The position numbers and the translations under genes are program-made. A DNA stretch of 64,000 bases from an uncultured Dehalococcoidia bacterium. GTDB lineage: Bacteria > Chloroflexota > Dehalococcoidia > Lucifugimonadales > GCA-2712585. The first letter of the stretch is position 1. Every line of letters starts with the position of its first letter. The notes beneath the pieces are model-generated. The model had not been told where the DNA came from, did not search any database, and worked only from the letters and a program-made list of their open reading frames with translations. The stretch is taken from positions 442,459 through 506,458 of the forward strand of contig OX638324.1 of assembly GCA_951812825.1 (NCBI GenBank). Direction: 5' to 3'. Below, piece after piece: positions 31,580 through 40,999 of the stretch.

Positions 31580-32359
31580 ATGGGTTACCGAGGCGCTCTG
31601 TCGGCATCCTTCATTTTGCAGTGGAAGCAGCTTCTCCCGAATTGGGGAAGCCTCTCTATATTCCTCATCTTTGTGCCTTATATGGCAATTGTGGGCTGGA
31701 TAGTTGGCAGGGCCTCGGACCCGGCTGTTCTGACCTTTGTAACCTTCGGCGCCATATTTTTCACCATCTGGCACCTAACAAGCTATCGAGCCGGGCATGC
31801 TCTTCAGAATGAATTCATGAACCAGACCGTTGATACAATGCTGATTGCCCCGACTCCCCTTTCAGTAATTGTACTGGGGAGGGTTCTCGCAATCGTAGCA
31901 GTCGCAGCCATCTCGACGCCAATCTCCTTCTTTGTTTTTGTTATGGTGGCCGATGGGCTCCCCCAGATTTCCAGTCCACTGATCTTTGCAGCATCTGTCC
32001 TCTTGGTCGTATTGGCGCTAATCACTGTCAGCTTCTTCTTCTCCCCGCTCTACGTGCTGAGCGGCGGTGGCAGGGGCTACGTGAACGCGGTGGCCCCTTT
32101 CGGGGTGGTATTCAGCGGATTTCTTTATCCGATAGACATTCTGCCGGCCTATCTGGTACCAATAGCCTGGATTTTCCCTACGTCCTGGGGTATGGACGCC
32201 GTAGTGCTGACCAGTCGGGGCGGCGGACTCACATCGGGAGTGCTCTTTGACTGGGCTATGGCTGGAGGTCTTTCGCTGGTTTGGCTATTCGCAACCCTGT
32301 GGATGTTCAGGGTCGTGGAGAACAGGGTGAGAAGCTCAGGAATATTGGGAAGAATATGA
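31580..32359 (+). CDS. ABC-2 type transporter permease
   Basis: ORF 31571-32359. ATG at 31580 follows an AGGAG RBS. It has six hydrophobic helices and is a paralog of 34967-35746 and 38951-39733. Confidence 0.75.
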   Translation: MGYRGALSASFILQWKQLLPNWGSLSIFLIFVPYMAIVGWIVGRASDPAVLTFVTFGAIFFTIWHLTSYRAGHALQNEFMNQTVDTMLIAPTPLSVIVLGRVLAIVAVAAISTPISFFVFVMVADGLPQISSPLIFAASVLLVVLALITVSFFFSPLYVLSGGGRGYVNAVAPFGVVFSGFLYPIDILPAYLVPIAWIFPTSWGMDAVVLTSRGGGLTSGVLFDWAMAGGLSLVWLFATLWMFRVVENRVRSSGILGRI

Positions 32360-33156
32360 TAGTGTCGGCGCTTTCAAACATGTGGCTCCAGACCTACCTG
32401 GGTTATAAAGCGCGATTCTACTGGTCATCTCCAACCGCATATATCCTCAACGCCGCGATGGTGCCGGTGTTCATGATGCTCGGGTTTGGGTTTCTGGCCG
32501 CCTTTGCAGTTGACGCTGATCTTACTCGCCACATCGTTGTCGGAATGTCCGTGAATGGAGCCGTGTTGTACCTGGTTAATGAGGTCACGCTGGGCTTTCA
32601 AGGCGAGAAGTGGACGGGCAACCTGACGACAATCTTCTTGCCCGCAGGGAACCGGATTGTCCATTACTTTGGGCGGGGCGTGGTACATTATCCACACGCC
32701 TTCTTCACCATTGCAGTAGGCTTGCTAGCTGGCGTCCTCATCCTGCACATCGACTTCTCCAACGCCAACTGGGGCCTACTGCTGGTGTCGGCGTTCTTAA
32801 CCGTATCCTCCATCACAATGTTCATGCTGCTAATGGGCGACCTAGTCCTGCTGCTCAAGAGTTATCAAAATCTGTACATGGCCTCTCTGGGCGTGATTGT
32901 TGGCCTGACTGGTGTGGTGGTGCCAGTTTCGGATTTGCCGTTGGCATTTGAGGCCATCGCACACATGCTTCCCATCTCACACGGGCTAGTGGCCTTTAGG
33001 GATTCTCTGGCTGGCGCCGGCTTTAGCGACGTAGTTGGCAACCTGCTTCTAGAGGCTGCCGTTGCCGCCGGCTATGCTCTGGCGGGCTATGTTGGCTTTG
33101 TGTTAGTGGAACGTCAACTGAAAATTCGGGGTACAATGGAGCAGCAGGACATTTAG
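32356..33156 (+). CDS. ABC-2 type transporter permease
   Basis: ATGA start/stop overlap with the upstream permease (32356-32359). It is a paralog of 34168-34965 and 38159-38950. Confidence 0.75.
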   Translation: MIVSALSNMWLQTYLGYKARFYWSSPTAYILNAAMVPVFMMLGFGFLAAFAVDADLTRHIVVGMSVNGAVLYLVNEVTLGFQGEKWTGNLTTIFLPAGNRIVHYFGRGVVHYPHAFFTIAVGLLAGVLILHIDFSNANWGLLLVSAFLTVSSITMFMLLMGDLVLLLKSYQNLYMASLGVIVGLTGVVVPVSDLPLAFEAIAHMLPISHGLVAFRDSLAGAGFSDVVGNLLLEAAVAAGYALAGYVGFVLVERQLKIRGTMEQQDI

Positions 33157-33198
33157 CCCGCATGAGGGGAAGTTGGTCGGCTTGAAAGGATTTGCGGT

Positions 33199-34155
33199 TT
33201 GAACGCCATAGAGTGTGAAAATCTGAGACGTGTCTACACGTCCCGTAGTTTGCTGGGTCAGTCTCGCTCCACCGTAGCTCTGGACGCCCTAGACCTCAGT
33301 GTGTCCCGGGGACAGGTCTTCGGCATCCTGGGGCCGAACGGCGCCGGCAAGACCACTGCCATCCGCATTCTCGCCACACTGCTTATTCCAACCAGTGGTC
33401 AGGCCAGCGTATTGGGATTTGACGTTGTGCAGCAGTCCAATGAGGTACGTAAACGGATAGGTCTTGTACTAGGCGGAGAGCGCGGGCTTTACGGCAGGCT
33501 TTCCGGGAGGGACAACCTGCGATATTTCGCTGCCCTCAATCAGATGAACCGCGGCGATGCACGTCGACGCATCTCCGAACTCTTGGAACTGGTTGGGCTG
33601 ACAGATCAGCCCAAGACCTTGGTGGAAGAGTATTCCAGGGGGATGAAGCAGAGACTCCATCTGGCCAGAGGCCTTCTCATGGATCCTGAAGTCCTGTTCC
33701 TAGACGAACCCACCATAGGCCTGGACCCTGTAGGAGCCCACGAAATCCGCCAGATGGTTCCCACTTTGGCCCGAGGCGGAACGACGGTGCTTCTGACCAC
33801 CCACTACATGTTCGAGGCCGATACCCTCTGCGATTCCATAGCCATCATCAACAAGGGAAGGCTCGCCGCACTGGGAACTCCAGCTGAAATCAAGGGCAGA
33901 TTCAGCAGGATCAAGATTACTCAGATTACTCTCAAGACACCTGCACCAGGCCTGAGGGATGAAATCGAGGCCCTCGAGGATGTACAGCGGGTTACCGAGG
34001 GAACTGAAGACGCCATGCAGCAGATGGTCGTTCACGGCCCGCCTGACTTAGATCTAAATGAATTTCTTCAGGACAAAGTTCCCGATGGAGAGATCGTGAG
34101 CTACTTAGTTAGAGATCCCACCCTAGAAGAGGCGTACATGAGCATCCTGAACTAG
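33199..34155 (+). CDS. ABC transporter ATP-binding protein (DrrA-like, ABC-2 subfamily)
   Basis: Walker [10 protein letters not shown], signature YSRGMKQRL, Walker B LFLDEPT, plus a C-terminal extension. TTG start. Confidence 0.9.
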   Translation: MNAIECENLRRVYTSRSLLGQSRSTVALDALDLSVSRGQVFGILGPNGAGKTTAIRILATLLIPTSGQASVLGFDVVQQSNEVRKRIGLVLGGERGLYGRLSGRDNLRYFAALNQMNRGDARRRISELLELVGLTDQPKTLVEEYSRGMKQRLHLARGLLMDPEVLFLDEPTIGLDPVGAHEIRQMVPTLARGGTTVLLTTHYMFEADTLCDSIAIINKGRLAALGTPAEIKGRFSRIKITQITLKTPAPGLRDEIEALEDVQRVTEGTEDAMQQMVVHGPPDLDLNEFLQDKVPDGEIVSYLVRDPTLEEAYMSILN

Positions 34156-34167
34156 GGGAACGCTGAC

Positions 34168-34965
34168 TCAACCCAGGATGCCCTCAAGGGTTCCTTGCCT
34201 TTTTGACCTTTTCTCGATTGCCCTGAAAATAAGGTATCCACATATCCCGTTGGCAGCTGCTATCAGTGCTTCCAGCACAAGCTCGTGACTTGCCGAGGAG
34301 AAAGCGGCTCCGTCAAGAGCAAACCTAAAGGCAAACAGCCCATGAGTGACCGGTAGACCTAGTCCAATCTGTTTTAGAACTACCGGAAGTTGGTCCACTG
34401 GCAAAATAGCCCCTGTCAATCCCAGGGTGAGTCCATTGGCGGCAGGGCCAATGATAAACCAGTCCCTGAAGGCGATGGCAAAAGTTCCCACCAGCATGGC
34501 GAATAGTACGCAGGAAACTGTGGTTACCAACACAGACGCTAAGGCCAATGCCCAGTTGATTCCGTGAAAGTCGAATCCCAGAAACACTGCAGCCGCCAGC
34601 AGCGAGCTCCCCAATGCCAGAAGGCCGTTGGGGAAATGGAAGATTCCCCGACTGAGGTAAACCAAGAGGCGGTTGCCAGGTGAGGCAAAATTCGCTGACA
34701 GCGTACCGAAGGCCCGGTCGTAGAACATTGTTTGAATGACTCCGCCCTGAGTGACTAATGCTATTGAGTAGACGCTGACGCCAATGATGTGAGACCTGGC
34801 TGCCTCGGGTCCTTGAGCGTATTGCCCCACTATCGCAAAGATCGCCATTAGAAACACGGGACCGAGAAATACATTTGAGACGTACCCCATGGGGTTGAGC
34901 CAAAGAAACAGCCCCCTATAGGAGAGCCAGCATTGAATTATGAAGTTCCTGAGATGCCCTGTCAT
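34168..34965 (-). CDS. ABC-2 type transporter permease
   Basis: ORF 34168-35040. The ATG at 34965 lies 1 nt after the upstream permease stop (34967). Polytopic membrane protein. Confidence 0.75.
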   Translation of the reverse strand: MTGHLRNFIIQCWLSYRGLFLWLNPMGYVSNVFLGPVFLMAIFAIVGQYAQGPEAARSHIIGVSVYSIALVTQGGVIQTMFYDRAFGTLSANFASPGNRLLVYLSRGIFHFPNGLLALGSSLLAAAVFLGFDFHGINWALALASVLVTTVSCVLFAMLVGTFAIAFRDWFIIGPAANGLTLGLTGAILPVDQLPVVLKQIGLGLPVTHGLFAFRFALDGAAFSSASHELVLEALIAAANGICGYLIFRAIEKRSKRQGTLEGILG

Positions 34966-34966
34966 T

Positions 34967-35746
34967 TTAGAACCTGCCCAGACTACCCGTAATTCGGACT
35001 CTTTCCTCCAACTTCTTGAACAGGAAGTAGGCGATGCCAAGGTATACGAGGGTCAAGCCGGCCGACGCACCCCAATTCAAAGCGTAGTCCAGAGAGGAGC
35101 CGCTTCCTCCCACTGAATCCACAACGGCTCTCATGGCCCACGATGTTGGAAGGCACAGGGCTGCCTGTTGCACGCCTTGAGGGAGCAAAGAGATTGGATG
35201 GAGAAATCCACTGAGCAGCACGCCAAGAGGAGTAATGGCGTTAAAGAAACCGGGCCTTCCACCTGCAATCACATAAAATGGAGCGAATATAAAGCCGCAT
35301 ACCAGGAGTGAGATTACTGCGACAACCAGGGAGGCGAGTAGAAGAACCAATTCCGATACGTCAAGGAGGCGTTGAGCTACTAGCACTACGGCTAGGAAGG
35401 CTACGGTCGCGGCCAGGAAACCGCCCACCAGAAAGCTCAAGGCCTTGCTCATCATCGCGATGATGAGCGGAGTTGGTGACAACAGGTTCTGCTCCAGAGT
35501 CCCGTCGAATATCTCTATGGCGACAAGCCATCCCATCCGCTGAATGAGTCCGTTCCAGAGGGTCACAAGGGCAGCCCCTATGGAGACATACGCTAGAACT
35601 TCGGGATTCTCTCCGACTTTGGCGACCCACGCGATAAGCGCCACCATGGGTACCGATTGCAGAACTACCGGAATGTAGTCCTTGGTCGCGTAAATGATCT
35701 TCCATTGAAGAGTGACAATTGTCCATTGTGCGTGAACAGCATTCAT
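34967..35746 (-). CDS. ABC-2 type transporter permease
   Basis: 259 aa, GGAG RBS before the ATG at 35746. First gene of a permease pair with no adjacent ATPase on its own strand. Confidence 0.75.
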   Translation of the reverse strand: MNAVHAQWTIVTLQWKIIYATKDYIPVVLQSVPMVALIAWVAKVGENPEVLAYVSIGAALVTLWNGLIQRMGWLVAIEIFDGTLEQNLLSPTPLIIAMMSKALSFLVGGFLAATVAFLAVVLVAQRLLDVSELVLLLASLVVAVISLLVCGFIFAPFYVIAGGRPGFFNAITPLGVLLSGFLHPISLLPQGVQQAALCLPTSWAMRAVVDSVGGSGSSLDYALNWGASAGLTLVYLGIAYFLFKKLEERVRITGSLGRF

Positions 35747-36189
35747 GACCGCTCCAATATATCACTATAGGGCCGGACCAGAGCAGCGGTGGCATTCTTG
35801 CCTACTCTCCGAGGCAAGTGCGGGAATACTGACTTCCCATGCTCATCTTCGCGGTGCCTTACTGGCTCGGACTCCATACCGAACTAGGCTTCACCAGAAT
35901 CAAGGTCCCCAAGAGTCTACCCGCCAACTGCTAGGGGCGGGCATCAGATCTAATCGGTTTCACCAGAGCGATGCCGGTTTGACTTGCCCGTGCTAGGCCA
36001 ATCAAGACGTTCAAGCTTCCGTTTAATCCTGAGAGCCTTTCAGCCAAGAACAAGTTTCGTTCAAGTTGAACGGACTCGATTGAAATCGTTAAACGAGATT
36101 TGCCCTACCTGGAGTCTTGTCGTGCTACGAGATGTGTATGAGAGTTGCTGTTTAAGGAAGATCCAAAGGTCGCTGGGGTAGAGGCTCCT

Positions 36190-36918
36190 TCAGCAATTCA
36201 GTAGTGCATGCAGTGCAATCTCAATTTGCTCGACGAATGACGCCTCGTGTCGAAGCTCCCTATCGATGTCTTTCCTACGAGGGCTGTCGCTGACGACGTG
36301 TATGCCGGCCGCTTGCACTCCCATTCGTTCGGCCACTGCGTACAGACAGGCAGTCTCAAGATCGATGGCGTAGTAACCCTCTCTGGCGAAGGCTTCCATC
36401 ATGGCATCGTTCTCAAGCATAAGACTATCGATGCTTATCATTGGACCTAAAGAGAATTCGGCGCTGTACGAATCCAGGGTTTTGCAAAGTCTTGAGTTGA
36501 GCGATTCCGATGAACAGGATAAGCCCTTGTCCGGGGAGTAGCTTCGAGTGCAGCCATCCAAACCGCATGCAGTTGGTGGTACCAGATAGCTGCCCACGCC
36601 CAACTCATCAGCGACTCCCCCCACATAGCCACAAGCTATGATTCTCTTCACTCCCAATAGCGCCGCGACTTCTGTGTACATTGCCACAATCGGTGCCCCG
36701 AAGAGCGGGTGACAGAAGGTGAGTGCTTTGCCCTTGAAGAGCCCTCTAAAAAACACCCCCGCTGGCTCAATGCTCTCAAAGAGGGCATTGAATTGGTCTT
36801 CCTGAAAGAGGTCTGGGTTTCCGAACAGCATAAGCATATCCGGCTCTAACGTTAGACTATCGTCACCCTTAGATAGCCAATTCACGGCAACCTGCCTGAT
36901 GTGTTCCTGCCAATCCAT
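36190..36918 (-). CDS. Nucleoside phosphorylase/nucleosidase-fold protein (PNP_UDP_1 / MTAN-like)
   Basis: FGAPIVAMYTEVAALLGVKRIIACGYVGGVADELGVGSYLVP and GPMISIDSL...YAIDLETACLYAVAERMGVQAAGIHVVSDSP align by eye with the E. coli Pfs segments [32 protein letters not shown] and GLIVSGDAF...AVEMEATAIAHVC...VVVRAISDVA. Confidence 0.5.
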   Translation of the reverse strand: MDWQEHIRQVAVNWLSKGDDSLTLEPDMLMLFGNPDLFQEDQFNALFESIEPAGVFFRGLFKGKALTFCHPLFGAPIVAMYTEVAALLGVKRIIACGYVGGVADELGVGSYLVPPTACGLDGCTRSYSPDKGLSCSSESLNSRLCKTLDSYSAEFSLGPMISIDSLMLENDAMMEAFAREGYYAIDLETACLYAVAERMGVQAAGIHVVSDSPRRKDIDRELRHEASFVEQIEIALHALLNC

Positions 36919-37125
36919 TCTTTTACCTAACCTTTACAAGCGATAAATCGAATTCTCCGGCCATTGCACGCCGATGTATAGACAGTGGGTTCTACCGGGA
37001 TTTCTCGAACCGCGTTCTTGAAGCCTATCTCACACGGGAGCTTTCCACAATTGATGGGCGAGATCCGATGAGGGAATGAGATTGACCAGACACAGTGCCC
37101 GAGGGCCTCGATTACGTATTGCGGA

Positions 37126-38148
37126 CTAGGCCGCTGCTCCCTTGGATCCCCTGCGAAGTATCGCGAGATAGCACTCCTCCAAGGTTGGATCTCTATGTGA
37201 GGGCGGCCCGGTTGCCACTTCTGAGAGCAGCTCCATGATTGGCTCATCGATATTCTCGTCGGAGTTGTCTATCTTGCTAAGGTGAATCGTTAGCCGATCG
37301 ATGCGTGGGTCGACGCCTTCAATATTGCGGTGGGGCTCTACTCTCAATACGCCATCCATCAAGGTCAGTTTGTCCAAAAGCGACTCGGATGGTGCCGATA
37401 CGCCAATTTCCATTATGGTTACGCCGCTTGCACTCCGCTTAATCTCGTCGGGCGTTCCCATGGCCATGAGCTTCCTGTTGATTATCGTCACGCGGTCGCA
37501 GATTTGCTCGGCTTCCGGCATATTGTGGGTGGTCACTAGAATTGTGACACCGGTGGATGCGAGTTCCGGGATCATCTTCCTGAAATCCAGGGCCGCCTCG
37601 GGGTCCAGGCCTATGGTGGGCTCATCCAGGAATATCACCGATGGTTCAGTGAGGAGTCCCCTTGCCAGGTGCAATCGCTGCTTCATTCCCCTGGAGTATT
37701 GCGACACGGGAGAATCGGCCCTGTCACTGAGTCCAAGCATTGACAGGTACTTGTTTGCCCGCTTCTTCGCCTCACTGGGTCTTAGCTGATTGAGACCGGC
37801 GAAGTAAAGGAGATTCTCCAGGCCTGTGAGTCTTCCGTACAGTCCCCTCTCTCCTCCCAAGACGAGGCCAATCCTCTGCCTGACTTTGTGGGCATCCTTG
37901 ACGACGTCCATCCCCAGGATCCGAGCTTCGCCTGATGTGGGAGTCAAAAGAGTGGAGAGGATTCTGACCACCGTGGTCTTTCCCGCCCCGTTTGGTCCGA
38001 GAAGTCCGAAGACGATTCCCTTGGGCACCTGGAGGTTCAGTCCTTCAATGGCGACTTTGCTCTGTATTCGTCCAAAGAGCTTACGGGAGCTGTAGACTCT
38101 TCTAAGGTCAACGCATTCTATGGGGAATTCCGTTACAGATGTTGCCAT
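37126..38148 (-). CDS. ABC transporter ATP-binding protein (DrrA-like, ABC-2 subfamily)
   Basis: Walker [10 protein letters not shown], signature YSRGMKQRL, Walker B IFLDEPT. Paralog of 33199-34155. Confidence 0.9.
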   Translation of the reverse strand: MATSVTEFPIECVDLRRVYSSRKLFGRIQSKVAIEGLNLQVPKGIVFGLLGPNGAGKTTVVRILSTLLTPTSGEARILGMDVVKDAHKVRQRIGLVLGGERGLYGRLTGLENLLYFAGLNQLRPSEAKKRANKYLSMLGLSDRADSPVSQYSRGMKQRLHLARGLLTEPSVIFLDEPTIGLDPEAALDFRKMIPELASTGVTILVTTHNMPEAEQICDRVTIINRKLMAMGTPDEIKRSASGVTIMEIGVSAPSESLLDKLTLMDGVLRVEPHRNIEGVDPRIDRLTIHLSKIDNSDENIDEPIMELLSEVATGPPSHRDPTLEECYLAILRRGSKGAAA

Positions 38149-38158
38149 GAGATTCCTC

Positions 38159-38950
38159 CTATGCCTCCTCCGTCATCTTGCCGCGCCGGCGCATCTGAAT
38201 TTCCATGAAGTGAAACATGAGGTAGCCGAAGACGGCGTAAACGAGGGCCACTAGCCCCTCCAATACCAAATTGCCATAGGGCACCGCGCCACCGCTGGCC
38301 GCCGCCCTTATGGACTCCAGTCCGTGGGTTAGGGGAAGGGCGTAACTGAGAAATTCGAGCTTCCACGGCAACAGGGCAATGGGGACTATCACGCCGGTGA
38401 GGGCCATCAGGAAGCCGTGGGCGACGACGGACAGGCTGATCCATTCGCGCATGATGATGGAAAAATTGGCGACAAAGAGGGCGAAGCAGGCGGTGGACGC
38501 CAGAATTGCCGCCACCGAAAGGGCCAATGCCGTCCAGTTGGCGTTGGACAGGTCCAGTCCCAAGAGGGCCCAAGCCCAGACTAATGCCGCTACGAAGCTC
38601 ATCAATCCGTTGGGAAGGTGGGCGAAGGCCCTGCTGAAATATAGGTATGGCCGGTTGATTGGCGACGCCATGGCTAGATGAAGGGTACCGAGGACTCTCT
38701 CGTAGTAGAAGCACTGGATGATGCCGCTGGTTAAGGTGGCCCCTATCCAGTAGCAGGACATCCCCAGAATGTAGGCTTCAATTTCCTGCGGGCTGCTCTG
38801 TACGAATTTTCCAAGGAGGGCGAACAGGGAGACCATCAGGAGAGGTCTGACTATTATGTTGGAGATGTAGGAGGTCCACGTCAACCAGCCAAACAGGGCC
38901 TTGTAGGACAGATACGAAACTCGCCATGTGCCAACCATAAGTTGCGACAT
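38159..38950 (-). CDS. ABC-2 type transporter permease
   Basis: 263 aa. Its ATG at 38950 directly abuts the upstream stop (38951-38953). Confidence 0.75.
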   Translation of the reverse strand: MSQLMVGTWRVSYLSYKALFGWLTWTSYISNIIVRPLLMVSLFALLGKFVQSSPQEIEAYILGMSCYWIGATLTSGIIQCFYYERVLGTLHLAMASPINRPYLYFSRAFAHLPNGLMSFVAALVWAWALLGLDLSNANWTALALSVAAILASTACFALFVANFSIIMREWISLSVVAHGFLMALTGVIVPIALLPWKLEFLSYALPLTHGLESIRAAASGGAVPYGNLVLEGLVALVYAVFGYLMFHFMEIQMRRRGKMTEEA

Positions 38951-39733
38951 CTACTGATCACTTCCCAGGGAAGCCATCTTACGGACCCGCCGTTCGATAA
39001 TCCCGAACAGAACCCAGGTGGCAAGTATATAGATGACGGTGATGGCCAGAGCCACCGCCCAGTGACCGGTGATCTGCCAAATGGAGTCATCAACTCTGGT
39101 CGATTCGTAGAGCGCAATCATTCCCCAGGAGGTGGGGAGGACTCTGGAGAGGGCCTCAAGCCCCACCGGAAAGATGTCGATTGGGTAGAGGAAGCCGCTC
39201 AAGACGATTCCGCCGAGGCTGAAACCGTTCAGAAAGCCGCCTCTTCCCCCCATCAACACCATTATGGGAGAAAAGATGAAGCAGCATACCATGACGCCTA
39301 TCGTAGTAATGACCAGGGAGATGAATACCAGAAGGACGTTTCCTAGTTCAGGAACACCGGAGTTAACGAGTACTCCTACGCCAAGCATCAGTCCGGCTCC
39401 AAGAATGCTCAGGAGCAGGAGTGAGAAGGACTTTCCCAAAGTGATCAGCGTGAGGGATGTCTTCGAAACGATGGCCAGATCCAGGGTGCCCATCAAGAGT
39501 TCACCGCTGACGGACCATCCAATTCTGAAGAAAGCCTGGTTCCAGACGATAAAGAGAAATACCCCTGCGAGCACATACGTTACGGTAGTGACGTCGGGCC
39601 CGCGACTGCCAATCCAGGAGAACATCAAGACGATTGGCAGAGATCCCAGCAGCAACGACACGAGGACGCTTGTGCTGAAAGCATTTTTCCATTCAGCCTT
39701 GGCTGCTGCTGTTAAAGCGTAGAGTATTCCCAT
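38951..39733 (-). CDS. ABC-2 type transporter permease (start codon abuts IS copy B)
   Basis: ORF 38951-39748. The ATG at 39731-39733 is the first base triplet outside the IS end (39734). The 5 extra N-terminal codons in the ORF track are IS sequence. Confidence 0.7.
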   Translation of the reverse strand: MGILYALTAAAKAEWKNAFSTSVLVSLLLGSLPIVLMFSWIGSRGPDVTTVTYVLAGVFLFIVWNQAFFRIGWSVSGELLMGTLDLAIVSKTSLTLITLGKSFSLLLLSILGAGLMLGVGVLVNSGVPELGNVLLVFISLVITTIGVMVCCFIFSPIMVLMGGRGGFLNGFSLGGIVLSGFLYPIDIFPVGLEALSRVLPTSWGMIALYESTRVDDSIWQITGHWAVALAITVIYILATWVLFGIIERRVRKMASLGSDQ

Positions 39734-40999
39734 TGAGGTAGACCCCATTAGATGGACAGAGTGAGGGTAGACTTAAGTAAGGGTCCCGTCGCTCCTGCAC
39801 ATGATACAAACATCGGTCGTATAGAGCACCTCATCTCCTTTGATTCCTTCTCCGGCGCCGTCCGGTCTGTGTGGAACAGCGCCGCGGGGGTGCGGTAGCC
39901 CAGGGCCTGATGGGGCCTCTGGTTGGTGTAGAAGCGGAAGTAGACACTAAGCTCCCTCCTGGCGATGGCGCCGTTAGCATAGGCTTTCAGATGCACCTCC
40001 TCGTACTTCACCGTCCTCCACAGCCGCTCCGCCAGGATGTTGTCCTGGTACCTTCCCTTCCCGTCCATGCTGATATTCACTCCACGCTGCTGTAGGACCC
40101 GGATGAACTCGAAGCTTGTGAACTGACTGCCCTGGTGGGTGTTGAACATCTGTGGCTTCCCTTGCTCCAATGCATCCGTCAACGCCTCAACGCAGAAGTC
40201 GGCCTCCAGGGTATTGGACAATCGCCAAGCCAACACGTAGCGGCTGTAGTAGTCCATCACCGCCGCCAGGTATAGGAAGCCACGAGCCATGGGGATGTAG
40301 GTGATGTCCGCCACCCAGACCAGATTGGGCTTCGTGACCTTGATATCCCTCAACAGATAGGGATAGATCCGCTCCCCCTTCGCCCGTCGGCTGGTGCGAG
40401 GGCGCCGGTAGAGGGCCTGTAACCCCATGAGTCCCATCAACCTCTGTACTCGTTTGCGGCTCACCCGGATACCTTGTCGGTTCAGTCCAGCCTTCATTCG
40501 TCTCGATCCGTAGAAGGGAGTCACAAGGTACTGACGGTCCCATCTCCTTCATCAGGGACAACTCCTTCGCAGAAGCACCTTTGGGCCGATAGTAGAGGCT
40601 GGATCTGCTCACCCCAAGGAGGGCGCACTGCCGCACTATGGACAGTGTGTGATGTTCCTGGTCCACCATCTTCCGCCGTCGCTCCCTACTCATGGACCGG
40701 ACCTCTCCGCCAAGAAATTCCCGCTCCACCTAAAGCTGCCCTATCTCCTGGTACAGCCGCGCTATCAGCGCCTGCTTCCCTGCCTGTATCTGCCCCGGGT
40801 GCACTTCGTACCGGGCCGCCAACTCCGCCACCGTCTCCTCCCCTCTCACCGCCTCCAGGGCCACCTTCGCCTTGAAGGCTTCGCTGTGTTTCCTTCTTCC
40901 TTTTCTCATCTCCCACTCCTTCTCGACAGCTTCTACTGCCTCTAGTCCAGGAGCAGGACTCTCACTTGGCTACCTGTCCGATTTTCCGGGTCCACCTCA
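39734..40999 (-). mobile_element. IS3-family insertion sequence, copy B (inverted, apparently identical to copy A)
   Basis: It mirrors 30134-31399. The 258-, 180-, 133-, 98-, 76- and 74-aa ORF-track translations are identical, and so is the shared part of a seventh pair that diverges only outside the IS end. Confidence 0.85.
39748..40909 (-). pseudogene. IS3-family transposase (OrfA/OrfB), same lesions as copy A
   Basis: Mirror of 30224-31385, with the same in-frame TAG and the same +1 frame break. Confidence 0.7.

Larger units (their letters stand above)
30134..40999. mobile_element. Composite-transposon-like unit: inverted IS3-family copies flanking an 8.3-kb ABC-2 transporter cargo
   Basis: Positions x and y correspond when x+y=71133. 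Seven ORF-track translations in several frames are identical between the copies, and my spot checks of the nucleotides match. Both outer ends are IRL. No target-site duplication found. Confidence 0.65.

Noticed and set aside
36927-37247. 106-aa ORF between the ATPase and the nucleosidase-like gene.
   Set aside because: Its 5' third overlaps the ATPase coding region out of frame. The remainder has no start codon with an RBS and no motif. I treat it as a ~200-nt intergenic spacer.
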